DNA of 64,000 nucleotides, taken from the IMG/VR virus record IMGVR_UViG_3300032250_000269, positions 25,069 to 89,068 of that record; one strand, given 5' to 3'. The position numbers and the translations under genes were made by a program. Shown piece after piece: positions 28,024 to 36,191 of this stretch. Each line of letters opens with the position of its first letter. The first letter of the stretch is position 1. A model generated the notes under the pieces. The model made no database searches and had not been told where the DNA came from. It saw nothing but the letters and a program-made list of their open reading frames with translations. Origin of the DNA: a virus (taxonomy: Duplodnaviria > Heunggongvirae > Uroviricota > Caudoviricetes).

Positions 28024-28377
28024 ATGGGCGTTTATCAGTACACACTTCGCAAGGAAACCAAGACCGTTGATGGCATGAAGATTGGCCGTTATGGTTATGC
28101 TTACAAGCACTCTTATTTCCGCCACTACAATCAGGATCGCTATGCTACCATGTACAACCGTCTGGTTGGCAGTGTTGAAGCAGCGGCTGATCGTGCTTTT
28201 GAAGCCAATGCTGATCTGGAATACGCTGCCATTGGTGAATGGAAGTATGCCAATGAAGGTGAAGGTCTGACTGTCATCAAGGTCAAGAATGCTTCTTTCG
28301 CTGATGATACCGCCAAGCATGAAGTGGTCGGTTATCTGAAGAAGGAAGGCCGCAAGTTCAAGTTCGTGAGGGCGTAA
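28024..28377 (+). CDS. hypothetical protein
   Basis: 117 aa; consensus promoter and leader. Confidence 0.5.
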   Translation: MGVYQYTLRKETKTVDGMKIGRYGYAYKHSYFRHYNQDRYATMYNRLVGSVEAAADRAFEANADLEYAAIGEWKYANEGEGLTVIKVKNASFADDTAKHEVVGYLKKEGRKFKFVRA

Positions 28378-28874
28378 TGAAAATTTATGTTGATGACATT
28401 ATTCCTCAGTGGAAAGTCACCAAGGCTAAGAAACTGATCAAGAAATCTCTTCCTTATCTGAAGAAGGAATTTTGCTTTCCTAAGAATGTTGAAATTCGAC
28501 TTCAGGAAAGAGCACCAGATGAAGATAAAAAGCTTACTCTTGGTGAAGTTGTGAAGTTTACGAATGGTAATTATGCTTGCATTCTAAACCTGAATAATGA
28601 TGGTTATAGTTTGATAGAAACCCTTTCTCATGAATTCACACATATTGAGCAGATGTGGCAATGTCGTTTAGCTAAGTCAGCACATTGTTATCATTGGATG
28701 GAAAATGATAAGACTATCAGAAGGGTTGACAAGGCAACCAGTTTTGAAGAATATCGAAATTATCCTTGGGAGATTGAAGCACGTAAGCGTGGGCGTGATT
28801 TCAAAAATAAGTACCGTGCAGTGATTGATCCCACTATCAAGGATCGTGTTAAGAAGTTTTTTGGTTTCATTTGA
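28377..28874 (+). CDS. hypothetical protein with HExxH motif (SHEFTHIEQ)
   Basis: 165 aa. Confidence 0.45.
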   Translation: MKIYVDDIIPQWKVTKAKKLIKKSLPYLKKEFCFPKNVEIRLQERAPDEDKKLTLGEVVKFTNGNYACILNLNNDGYSLIETLSHEFTHIEQMWQCRLAKSAHCYHWMENDKTIRRVDKATSFEEYRNYPWEIEARKRGRDFKNKYRAVIDPTIKDRVKKFFGFI

Positions 28875-28887
28875 AAGGAAATATATT

Positions 28888-29481
28888 ATGGGTACTCGTC
28901 ATCTTATTGCTGTACAAAAGAATAATTCGTATAAGGTCGCTCAGTATGGACAGTGGGATGGTTATCTCTCTGGTCAGGGTGATAGCATTCTAAAGTTCTT
29001 CCACGAAAACGATCTTGAAGTTTTTCGTACCAAGATTGATAATTGCTTCTTTGGAACTGAAGAGCAAATCAATGAAGCATTTGCTGCATACAGCACTGAT
29101 GGTTGGATGACTTTTGAACAGTCCAAGGCTTTTAAGGAATCGCAGTTTGGTCATCTCAGTCGTGATACTGGTTCTGATATTCTTGATATCATCATGAAGT
29201 CTGATGGTCCTCTTATGATGACCGACAACATCGATTTCGCTAAGGATTCACTGTTCTGCGAGTATGCTTACGTGATCGATCTTAATCGCAATGTTCTTGA
29301 AGTTTATGAGGGTTTTAACGAGGAACCGATTGAACCCGGTCAGCGTTTCTATTCTGAAGAAAATAAAGATGGGTATTACCCCGTCAAGCTTGTGAAGGAA
29401 TACAGCCTGTTCGATCTTCCCGAAAACTTCGATGAACTTGAAAAGGAACTTAATCCTGAAGAGGGCGAGGAAGAAGAGTAA
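28888..29481 (+). CDS. hypothetical acidic protein
   Basis: 197 aa. Confidence 0.5.
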   Translation: MGTRHLIAVQKNNSYKVAQYGQWDGYLSGQGDSILKFFHENDLEVFRTKIDNCFFGTEEQINEAFAAYSTDGWMTFEQSKAFKESQFGHLSRDTGSDILDIIMKSDGPLMMTDNIDFAKDSLFCEYAYVIDLNRNVLEVYEGFNEEPIEPGQRFYSEENKDGYYPVKLVKEYSLFDLPENFDELEKELNPEEGEEEE

Positions 29482-29498
29482 AAAACTAAAAAAAGTTC

Positions 29499-29581
29499 TT
29501 GACCCGAATTACGAATCATTTTATATAAGGTTCATCAAGAGGGCATGGTGCTTCTCTGATAGTGAAAAAAGGAATTATATT
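29499..29581 (+). promoter_or_regulatory. promoter (TTGACC) with long leader
   Basis: TTGACC CGAATTACGAATCATTT TATATA then GTTCATCAAGAGGG... 60-nt leader. Confidence 0.55.
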
Positions 29582-30544
29582 ATGGCACATGAGTTGGAAA
29601 TGGTAAACGGTCAGGCTTGTCACGCTTACGTTGGTGAAACTCCTTGGCACGGCCTCGGCGTTAAGGTTTCTAATGACCTTACTCCTGAACAGATGCTTCA
29701 GGCTGCTGGTCTCGATTGGTCGGTTGAGAAGGTTCCTGCCTTCGCTAACATCAATGGTGAACAGGTTGGTATTGGCCGTTCGGCTCTCGTTCGTAACACT
29801 GATGGAAACATTCTTGATGTGGTTTCGGATGACTGGAACCCCTGCCAGAACACCGAAGCTTTCGAATTCTTCAATGACTTCGTTGCTGCTGGTGACATGG
29901 AAATGCACACTGCTGGTTCGCTGAAGGACGGTAAGATCGTCTGGGCACTTGCTAAGGTCAAGGACAGCTTCGAACTGTTCAACGGTCGTGATCAGGTTGA
30001 TGCTTATCTGCACTTCACCAATCCTCACCAGTATGGTCAGTCGATTGACGTTCGTTTCACTCCGATCCGTGTTGTGTGCAACAACACTCTTACTCTCTCG
30101 CTCAACATGAAGAGCAAGAACATGGTCAAGATCAGCCATGCTCGTGAGTTTGACGGTGACATGGTGAAGGAAGCTCTTGGTGTTGCCAAGGAAAAGCTCG
30201 ACAAGTACAAGGAAATGGCTCAGTACCTGTCGCAGAAGCGTTTCAATGATGAGAACATCGTTGACTACTTCAAGCGTGTCTTCCCTGTGATCACCAACAA
30301 GCCTGAAGCGAAGAAGGAACTGTCGCTGAACGCTCGTACCGCTCTTGAAGCTCTTCACACTCAGCCCGGTGCGGAACTTGGTGAAGGTACTTGGTGGAGT
30401 GCGTTTAATTCCGTAACCTACATGACCGATCACGTTATGGGTCGTACCACTGATAGCCGCCTTCACAGCGCATGGTACGGTGTGAACAAGACCCTGAAGA
30501 CCAAGGCTCTTCAGACCGCTGTTGAGATGGCTGATGCAGCCTAA
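29582..30544 (+). CDS. hypothetical protein (possibly DUF932-like phage/plasmid protein)
   Basis: 320 aa; consensus promoter with unusually long leader; family call is from memory only. Confidence 0.5.
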   Translation: MAHELEMVNGQACHAYVGETPWHGLGVKVSNDLTPEQMLQAAGLDWSVEKVPAFANINGEQVGIGRSALVRNTDGNILDVVSDDWNPCQNTEAFEFFNDFVAAGDMEMHTAGSLKDGKIVWALAKVKDSFELFNGRDQVDAYLHFTNPHQYGQSIDVRFTPIRVVCNNTLTLSLNMKSKNMVKISHAREFDGDMVKEALGVAKEKLDKYKEMAQYLSQKRFNDENIVDYFKRVFPVITNKPEAKKELSLNARTALEALHTQPGAELGEGTWWSAFNSVTYMTDHVMGRTTDSRLHSAWYGVNKTLKTKALQTAVEMADAA

Positions 30545-30740
30545 TCAACTGACTGACAAGGAAGTGGTGGAGTTGCTTAAGGGCAACTCCACCCTAAACA
30601 AAGCCCGTCAGATTTTCTCTTCATACTCTGCTATGATCGAAAATGATCAGCATCAGAGAAAGCCTATGGGGCCAATCGAAATGCGTAGGCTGGAATTTGA
30701 AGCAGTCCAAAAGATCAAGGAAATTTTTGATGACAACTGA
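30534..30740 (+). CDS. hypothetical small protein
   Basis: 68 aa. Confidence 0.4.
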   Translation: MQPNQLTDKEVVELLKGNSTLNKARQIFSSYSAMIENDQHQRKPMGPIEMRRLEFEAVQKIKEIFDDN

Positions 30741-30939
30741 AGAAGTTAAAACTCTGGTTAGAGCTTACGAAAACCGTATGGCAACATTCTGGAAATATAA
30801 CGGAATGCTTGAATATCAGGATCGTGAGATTAGCTACTCTCAGGCAAAAAAGTCAGATGAATATCAAGCTGCTGTTGACAAGGCCCGTCAAGACCTATAT
30901 GACGCTATTGAAGCACTGGAATCGCAAAGGGCAATGTAA
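30730..30939 (+). CDS. hypothetical small protein
   Basis: 69 aa. Confidence 0.4.
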   Translation: MTTEEVKTLVRAYENRMATFWKYNGMLEYQDREISYSQAKKSDEYQAAVDKARQDLYDAIEALESQRAM

Positions 30940-31172
30940 TGTTGGCACTAGAAAAACTTGATAATCCCGGTTTGATTAAGGAACTCAAAAAGTGGAAAGA
31001 CGTTGAGTTTCGTATTGATAATTCTGGTAAACATATCAAGTTTCATCTTACTGTAAACAATAAATCACGGTTTGTTCTTTTTTCAAAGACCATCAGTGAT
31101 TGGCGAGGAAAGCACCGTCAAGTTTCTGATGTGCGTAAGACCCTGATTGAACTTGGCGCTGAAAAAAAGTAA
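30939..31172 (+). CDS. hypothetical small basic protein
   Basis: 77 aa. Confidence 0.4.
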   Translation: MLALEKLDNPGLIKELKKWKDVEFRIDNSGKHIKFHLTVNNKSRFVLFSKTISDWRGKHRQVSDVRKTLIELGAEKK

Positions 31173-31183
31173 AGGAAAATATT

Positions 31184-31402
31184 ATGTCTGAAACTAAGTA
31201 TGTAACTGTTAATTTTCCCTTCTTGGGAATTCTCACTCTCATCTTCATCACTCTCAAGCTCACTCATTTCATTAATTGGTCTTGGTGGTGGGTACTTGCT
31301 CCTATGTGGGTGCCTGTTGCTTTCTTCCTATTTGTTCTACTTATGATTATGATTGGTGTTGCTCTTGGCGGAAAGCTTACTGTTAGGAAGCGCAAGCCAT
31401 GA
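31184..31402 (+). CDS. small membrane protein
   Basis: Two hydrophobic helices. Confidence 0.45.
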   Translation: MSETKYVTVNFPFLGILTLIFITLKLTHFINWSWWWVLAPMWVPVAFFLFVLLMIMIGVALGGKLTVRKRKP

Positions 31403-31611
31403 AGATACCTATGAAATACGCACTGCTGCCGTTGGGTGCATTTGGTGCGTTCTTTCTAATACCCAAACTTTTCCAGTTTCTGATTAATTCACACACAGAT
31501 ACTGGAATTGTGCTTGCTATTACCGTTGTGTGTGTTATTGCTAGTGTTCTTATTGGCTTTATCAATAAGATGATTAACCATGTTGAAAAGGAAAATGATA
31601 ATGAAGTTTAA
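31399..31611 (+). CDS. small membrane protein
   Basis: Two hydrophobic helices. Confidence 0.45.
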   Translation: MKIPMKYALLPLGAFGAFFLIPKLFQFLINSHTDTGIVLAITVVCVIASVLIGFINKMINHVEKENDNEV

Positions 31612-32431
31612 GAATATTGTTCTAATTGCTGCCTCTGCTCTTTCGCTTGCTGCTTGTTCTCAAGTAGAACCCGGCCATGTTGGTATCCGTGTTGATCAGT
31701 ATGGTTCAAGTGCGGGTGTTTCTCAAACAGCACTTCCAGTTGGTACGTATTACACTGGTCCCGGCACCACCATCTATGAGTATCCTGTATTCACTCAGAC
31801 ATATACATGGACTATCAACAAGGAAGAGGGCAGCGAAAAGAACGAAGAATTTTCGTTTGCTGATAAGAGCGGTCTAACCCTTACTGGTGACGTAGCTGTT
31901 AGCTATCATGTCGATGCTACTAAGGCTCCTATTCTTTTCCAGAAGTATCGTATGGATATGGACGCAATCGTTTCTGGACCAATGCGTGTGGCTATTCGTG
32001 ATGCTATCACAAACAATGCTTCAAACATGACTGTCGAGGAAATCTATGGTCCTCGTAAGGCAGAACTGATTGCAAAGGCACAAGCTGACGTTCAGAAGTT
32101 CTTTACACCATTTGGTCTTAATGTAGAGAAGCTTTATTGGGCTTCACCAGTGCGTGTTCCTGATACGGTAATGCGCCAGATCAATGCGAAGATTGCTAAT
32201 GAACAGCAAGCTCTAGCTGCACAGGCTGCTGTTGCTACTGCTGAAGCAAACGCACGTGCACGTATCGCAAAGGCAGAGGGTGAAGCAAAGGCTACTCAGA
32301 TCGAAGCTGAAGCACTTCGCACCAACCCTGCTATTCTTCAGCAGAAGTGGATTGATAAGTGGTCAGGTAATCTTCCTACTTATATGGCAGGAAATGGCAA
32401 TGGGATCATGATGACCATTCCTACTAAGTAA
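31601..32431 (+). CDS. SPFH/band-7 (prohibitin/HflKC-like) lipoprotein
   Basis: Signal peptide plus lipobox LAAC; C-terminal Ala/Glu-rich coiled coil typical of SPFH proteins. Confidence 0.6.
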   Translation: MKFKNIVLIAASALSLAACSQVEPGHVGIRVDQYGSSAGVSQTALPVGTYYTGPGTTIYEYPVFTQTYTWTINKEEGSEKNEEFSFADKSGLTLTGDVAVSYHVDATKAPILFQKYRMDMDAIVSGPMRVAIRDAITNNASNMTVEEIYGPRKAELIAKAQADVQKFFTPFGLNVEKLYWASPVRVPDTVMRQINAKIANEQQALAAQAAVATAEANARARIAKAEGEAKATQIEAEALRTNPAILQQKWIDKWSGNLPTYMAGNGNGIMMTIPTK

Positions 32432-33020
32432 CTTTTTTCCAGTGGAATCCTTTATGTCTTCCACCATTTATACAAGCTCTAGAAATTTTTGATACTGAAC
32501 CATTAATTTCTTCTGCTGCTGCGCTGAGACTTTCATATATTATGTTAGTCTCAGCGCAGATTACCCTTTTCTTTAAAGAATCTATACTTTTACCTTTATT
32601 AGATTTATTTCTTTCTACTAAATCTGGTCTAGGTTTTAGTTTTCTTCCGGTTCTTCTGATATTAGATTCAGAAATCCAAGGGGCTTTAAATGTTTTACCA
32701 AACATAGGATGCATTTCTTTTGGTTTACCTAATAGCCAATGATTTTCAATCATAGGACCATTACAGACATTTACTAATTTTGAGCCGTTATTTCTATACT
32801 CTTCTATTAGTTTTATTTCTAATTCTTCTGCTTCACGTTTTGTAAGATTTTTTGAAATAATTTTGACACCAAAACCTCCATGTTTAGCAACTTTGTTGTT
32901 CCAATGTTTGTTTCTATTGAATTTATCTTTAGCTCGTTTTGGTCTTCCTTCACCAATATAAAATATTTCTTCTGTTTCTATTATATAATGTGCATATACA
33001 ACAAAGTTTTTGTCTTCCAT
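32424..33020 (-). CDS. GIY-YIG homing endonuclease
   Basis: VVYAHYIIETEEIFYIGEG GIY-YIG motif; only minus-strand gene in its neighbourhood. Confidence 0.7.
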   Translation of the reverse strand: MEDKNFVVYAHYIIETEEIFYIGEGRPKRAKDKFNRNKHWNNKVAKHGGFGVKIISKNLTKREAEELEIKLIEEYRNNGSKLVNVCNGPMIENHWLLGKPKEMHPMFGKTFKAPWISESNIRRTGRKLKPRPDLVERNKSNKGKSIDSLKKRVICAETNIIYESLSAAAEEINGSVSKISRACINGGRHKGFHWKKVT

Positions 33021-33094
33021 AGTAGATTCCTTTCATATCTATTTATGCCGAATTGAAGTGGAATGGGAATGTTCCAATTAAAAAAAGGATTTAT

Positions 33095-33391
33095 ATGAAT
33101 ATTAAAATTAGTCTTCTCACGATTGGGCTACTGATTTCGCTGGCTGGTTGCAAAGAAGTGCCAGCCAGCGAAACACAACAGTCTAATCAAGAACAGTCAA
33201 GTCAACCGACTGAAGAAACTGCTCCAAATCCAAACAATCCAGATAGTTATGGTGTCGTAAAGATTTGTGGTGATGGTACCAATGTTTACCTTTTTCAAGG
33301 TGGTAACTATAGTGGACAATATGCAATCTGGAATGATAGTCAGTGGGAACCATTAGCCGCTGGAACAACTCCTGATACGGTTTGTCAGTAA
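33095..33391 (+). CDS. small lipoprotein
   Basis: MNIKISLLTIGLLISLAGC signal with lipobox. Confidence 0.5.
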   Translation: MNIKISLLTIGLLISLAGCKEVPASETQQSNQEQSSQPTEETAPNPNNPDSYGVVKICGDGTNVYLFQGGNYSGQYAIWNDSQWEPLAAGTTPDTVCQ

Positions 33392-33395
33392 AGAA

Positions 33396-33428
33396 AAGGG
33401 GGGGAGAAATCCTCCCTTTTTTTATTTT
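33396..33428 (+). terminator. probable terminator
   Basis: GGGGGGAGAAATCCTCCC short GC stem plus T-rich run. Confidence 0.5.
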
Positions 33429-33459
33429 GATAAATACTACAAACCTAACGGAGAACTCC

Positions 33460-34329
33460 ATGCTAACCACTAACTTCAAAGATTTTATGGATAATGTTAT
33501 TGTTGAAAATCTGCACCCCGAACTTCAAAATGTGATTCATGGTGGTGCCAGCAATAAAGCCAAACAAACACAATTAGCCAAAAAGATTAAAGACCTTACA
33601 TCACGTGGTGAAACCACAGGCATTGAAGGTAATATGCCTAAAGGTTCTTCACGTGCATATTTACAACATGCAGAGCCTGAAAACATCATTGTAGATAAGA
33701 AGATTGTGCCTATGAAGGTTGGTACAAAGGTTGTCATTAGATCGGTTCTAGACAAATATCACGATCATAAAAAGCATGATGGTCTTCATCTTGGCGCAAT
33801 GCAAAATCAAGCTGAAGGTGGCGATCACTGGACAAACAATAATTATCGTGTTTTGACACATACTGGAAACGGTCATTTTAAAACAAATACAGAGCAAGGA
33901 ATTTTTCCTCCACTCATTGATCATGATGACAGGGATCATCAGTGGACTAAAGTTGGTCATGCTCGTGACGTTAAGGCCGCAGATTGGAAACGTCTTACAA
34001 AAACAAAAGAACTTCCAAAAGGAATAACACATAAAGATTTTTATCAAACACTAAATCGTTTTCATAATAGAAATCTTGGTAAGCATTGGAATAGAAGCAC
34101 AAGTGAAGAAGAGCATATGGACAGAGTTGAACAACATCCTTTGGTCCAAAAGTTTATTGATTATCATTCAAACACAGGACACTCTCCCGCTGATTACATT
34201 CAACAAAAGAACCTTGGTGTATGGAAACATCCCGTAACAGGTGAAGAACATATCGTTGCTCGTGATCACGGTTTCAACAATGAAGTTGAAGGCGCATATA
34301 GAGATGCTAGAAGAAATATGTATAGATAA
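33460..34329 (+). CDS. His-rich protein with CTS-like N-terminus
   Basis: N-terminus MLTTNFKDFMDNVIVE resembles the T4 capsid-targeting sequence. Confidence 0.5.
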   Translation: MLTTNFKDFMDNVIVENLHPELQNVIHGGASNKAKQTQLAKKIKDLTSRGETTGIEGNMPKGSSRAYLQHAEPENIIVDKKIVPMKVGTKVVIRSVLDKYHDHKKHDGLHLGAMQNQAEGGDHWTNNNYRVLTHTGNGHFKTNTEQGIFPPLIDHDDRDHQWTKVGHARDVKAADWKRLTKTKELPKGITHKDFYQTLNRFHNRNLGKHWNRSTSEEEHMDRVEQHPLVQKFIDYHSNTGHSPADYIQQKNLGVWKHPVTGEEHIVARDHGFNNEVEGAYRDARRNMYR

Positions 34330-34369
34330 ATACATTTGAATACAATACTTACATCAAAAGGGAAAAAAT

Positions 34370-36181
34370 ATGTTTTCATTTAAACAATTTATTAGAGATT
34401 TAACAGAGTCAAAGTATGAAGATGATGATTATGAAAGTGATTATCTTGATCCTGCTGGTCCCGGTGCACTATATGCTCATTTTGCTAGTCTAGATGAACT
34501 TGATCCAGAAATCAGGGATCATATGCTTAGCAACACTGGTAAGCAAAATATTAAAGAAAGTGCTGAAGCACCACACAAAGTTCTTCAGAAAAAAATGTCT
34601 GAACCAGCCGCTAATCCAGAAGCACAGTCAGATGTTGATAATCAAGTAAAATCAGCACTTAAAAGACACGTTCAAGCATATGGTCGTGAAATTGGTGCTC
34701 CATTAAACCGTTCACAGTCTACAGAAGCGGGAAGAAAAGCCGTAGAAGACCACTATAAGAAATCACCAGAAGAACAAGCCGTAGCATTGCAAGCTGCTGC
34801 ATCAAGAATTGGTCATGTTGCTTATGGTGATAAAAATATGTCACCAAAAGAAGTAGCTGATCGTCTTGCTGGTGGTAATAAGAAAACCGATACTGTTATC
34901 AACAATCCTATCGCAAAGTATAAGGGAAAGCTTACTAGCTCTGTGTCTAGTTATGGTGGTGCTCCCGGTGCATATACTCACTTTGGAGATTCTTCAGGTA
35001 GCTCACAACACCATGTGATAACTTGTCCACATGGTACAACTGGATGTATGGTTGGACAATCTCTTGCTGCTGGGATTGGACACAATTCAAGAATAGGTAG
35101 GGTTGGCCCTTCATGTCTTGCTAAGTCTGGTGGATATGGTTTCAAATCAACTCGTAAAAAAGTTCAAATTAATTCACACATTCGTTCTGGTGGTGATGGT
35201 GGTACTGGTGGTCCAAGCACTGTTGCTGATCATGCTATTCTTACTGCATATAGATTGGCAACAGAAGCAGCCAAAGCAAAGAAGTCAGGTGCAATTCATG
35301 CTGTAAGAACACAAACAACTGATCAACGAGGCGAGGACATTCGTGCTATTGCTAATGAAACTGCTAAGCACGTACCTTCTGTAAGAAGTAATACCGTTTT
35401 GTTTGGCTATTCAAAAAATCCTAAAGAAGTTTTGGATGCTGCAAGAGCAACAAAAAACAGTGGAAATGTTCCAGAACATATTGTGCATAGCCATCCCGGA
35501 CCAGCATATCATCAAGACCGTCAAGGCAATTTAAATCTCAACACAGAGAATATTCGTGCTCTTAAAAACCTTCGTGCTGCACATAAAGCTGCAACTCAAG
35601 AGGGGTTGAACATTAGCGATTATGTTGTTACTGGTGGTAATTCTCTTGATAGCAACGGTGATGCTATTGCAGGAACTGTGCATCGTCAGCCAAAAAGTAA
35701 TGCTAAACCAGAAGAAAAGCAAAGATTTAATAATTTAGATTCTTCTGTTAAAACTGTTCGTTATTGGGATTTACACCACAGCGGTGAGTTGCAACCGGGT
35801 GAACCAGAATCACATCATGATAAAAAAACCGGAACTGGTCATACTACAATTGAACAAGGCGGTAAGCGTCTTAAAGTCAAGTATTATGATCGTAAAGCAA
35901 ATCCCGGTGCCACTGAAACTGGCAGAACTGTGTATAGCCAAAGACATGATGCTCGTTATTCTGATGCAGAAACTAATGCACCACACGCAAATGTCACTGC
36001 TCCTGTAGCTTCTACAAGTAATGAAGCAACACATTCTAGTCAAACTAACTCTATGTTCCATCAAATGCACGTATCATACGATATGCATGGTAACAAGATG
36101 CGCCACAGTCAAGCTGGTATGCTTCACGATGCTCATCCTGATCTTATGCAAAAAGCAGGATACGTATATCCAGATAAGTAA
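34370..36181 (+). CDS. large His/Gly-rich protein with CTS-like N-terminus (candidate packaged/injected protein)
   Basis: MFSFKQFIRDLTE N-terminus; 603 aa. Confidence 0.55.
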   Translation: MFSFKQFIRDLTESKYEDDDYESDYLDPAGPGALYAHFASLDELDPEIRDHMLSNTGKQNIKESAEAPHKVLQKKMSEPAANPEAQSDVDNQVKSALKRHVQAYGREIGAPLNRSQSTEAGRKAVEDHYKKSPEEQAVALQAAASRIGHVAYGDKNMSPKEVADRLAGGNKKTDTVINNPIAKYKGKLTSSVSSYGGAPGAYTHFGDSSGSSQHHVITCPHGTTGCMVGQSLAAGIGHNSRIGRVGPSCLAKSGGYGFKSTRKKVQINSHIRSGGDGGTGGPSTVADHAILTAYRLATEAAKAKKSGAIHAVRTQTTDQRGEDIRAIANETAKHVPSVRSNTVLFGYSKNPKEVLDAARATKNSGNVPEHIVHSHPGPAYHQDRQGNLNLNTENIRALKNLRAAHKAATQEGLNISDYVVTGGNSLDSNGDAIAGTVHRQPKSNAKPEEKQRFNNLDSSVKTVRYWDLHHSGELQPGEPESHHDKKTGTGHTTIEQGGKRLKVKYYDRKANPGATETGRTVYSQRHDARYSDAETNAPHANVTAPVASTSNEATHSSQTNSMFHQMHVSYDMHGNKMRHSQAGMLHDAHPDLMQKAGYVYPDK

Positions 36182-36191
36182 GGACTAATAA

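Noticed and set aside
29516-30466. 316-aa ORF on the minus strand
   Set aside because: It is fully antisense to the promoter-driven + strand gene 29582-30544, has no RBS or promoter, and all neighbouring genes are on the + strand. It is most likely a frame artefact of a codon-biased gene.
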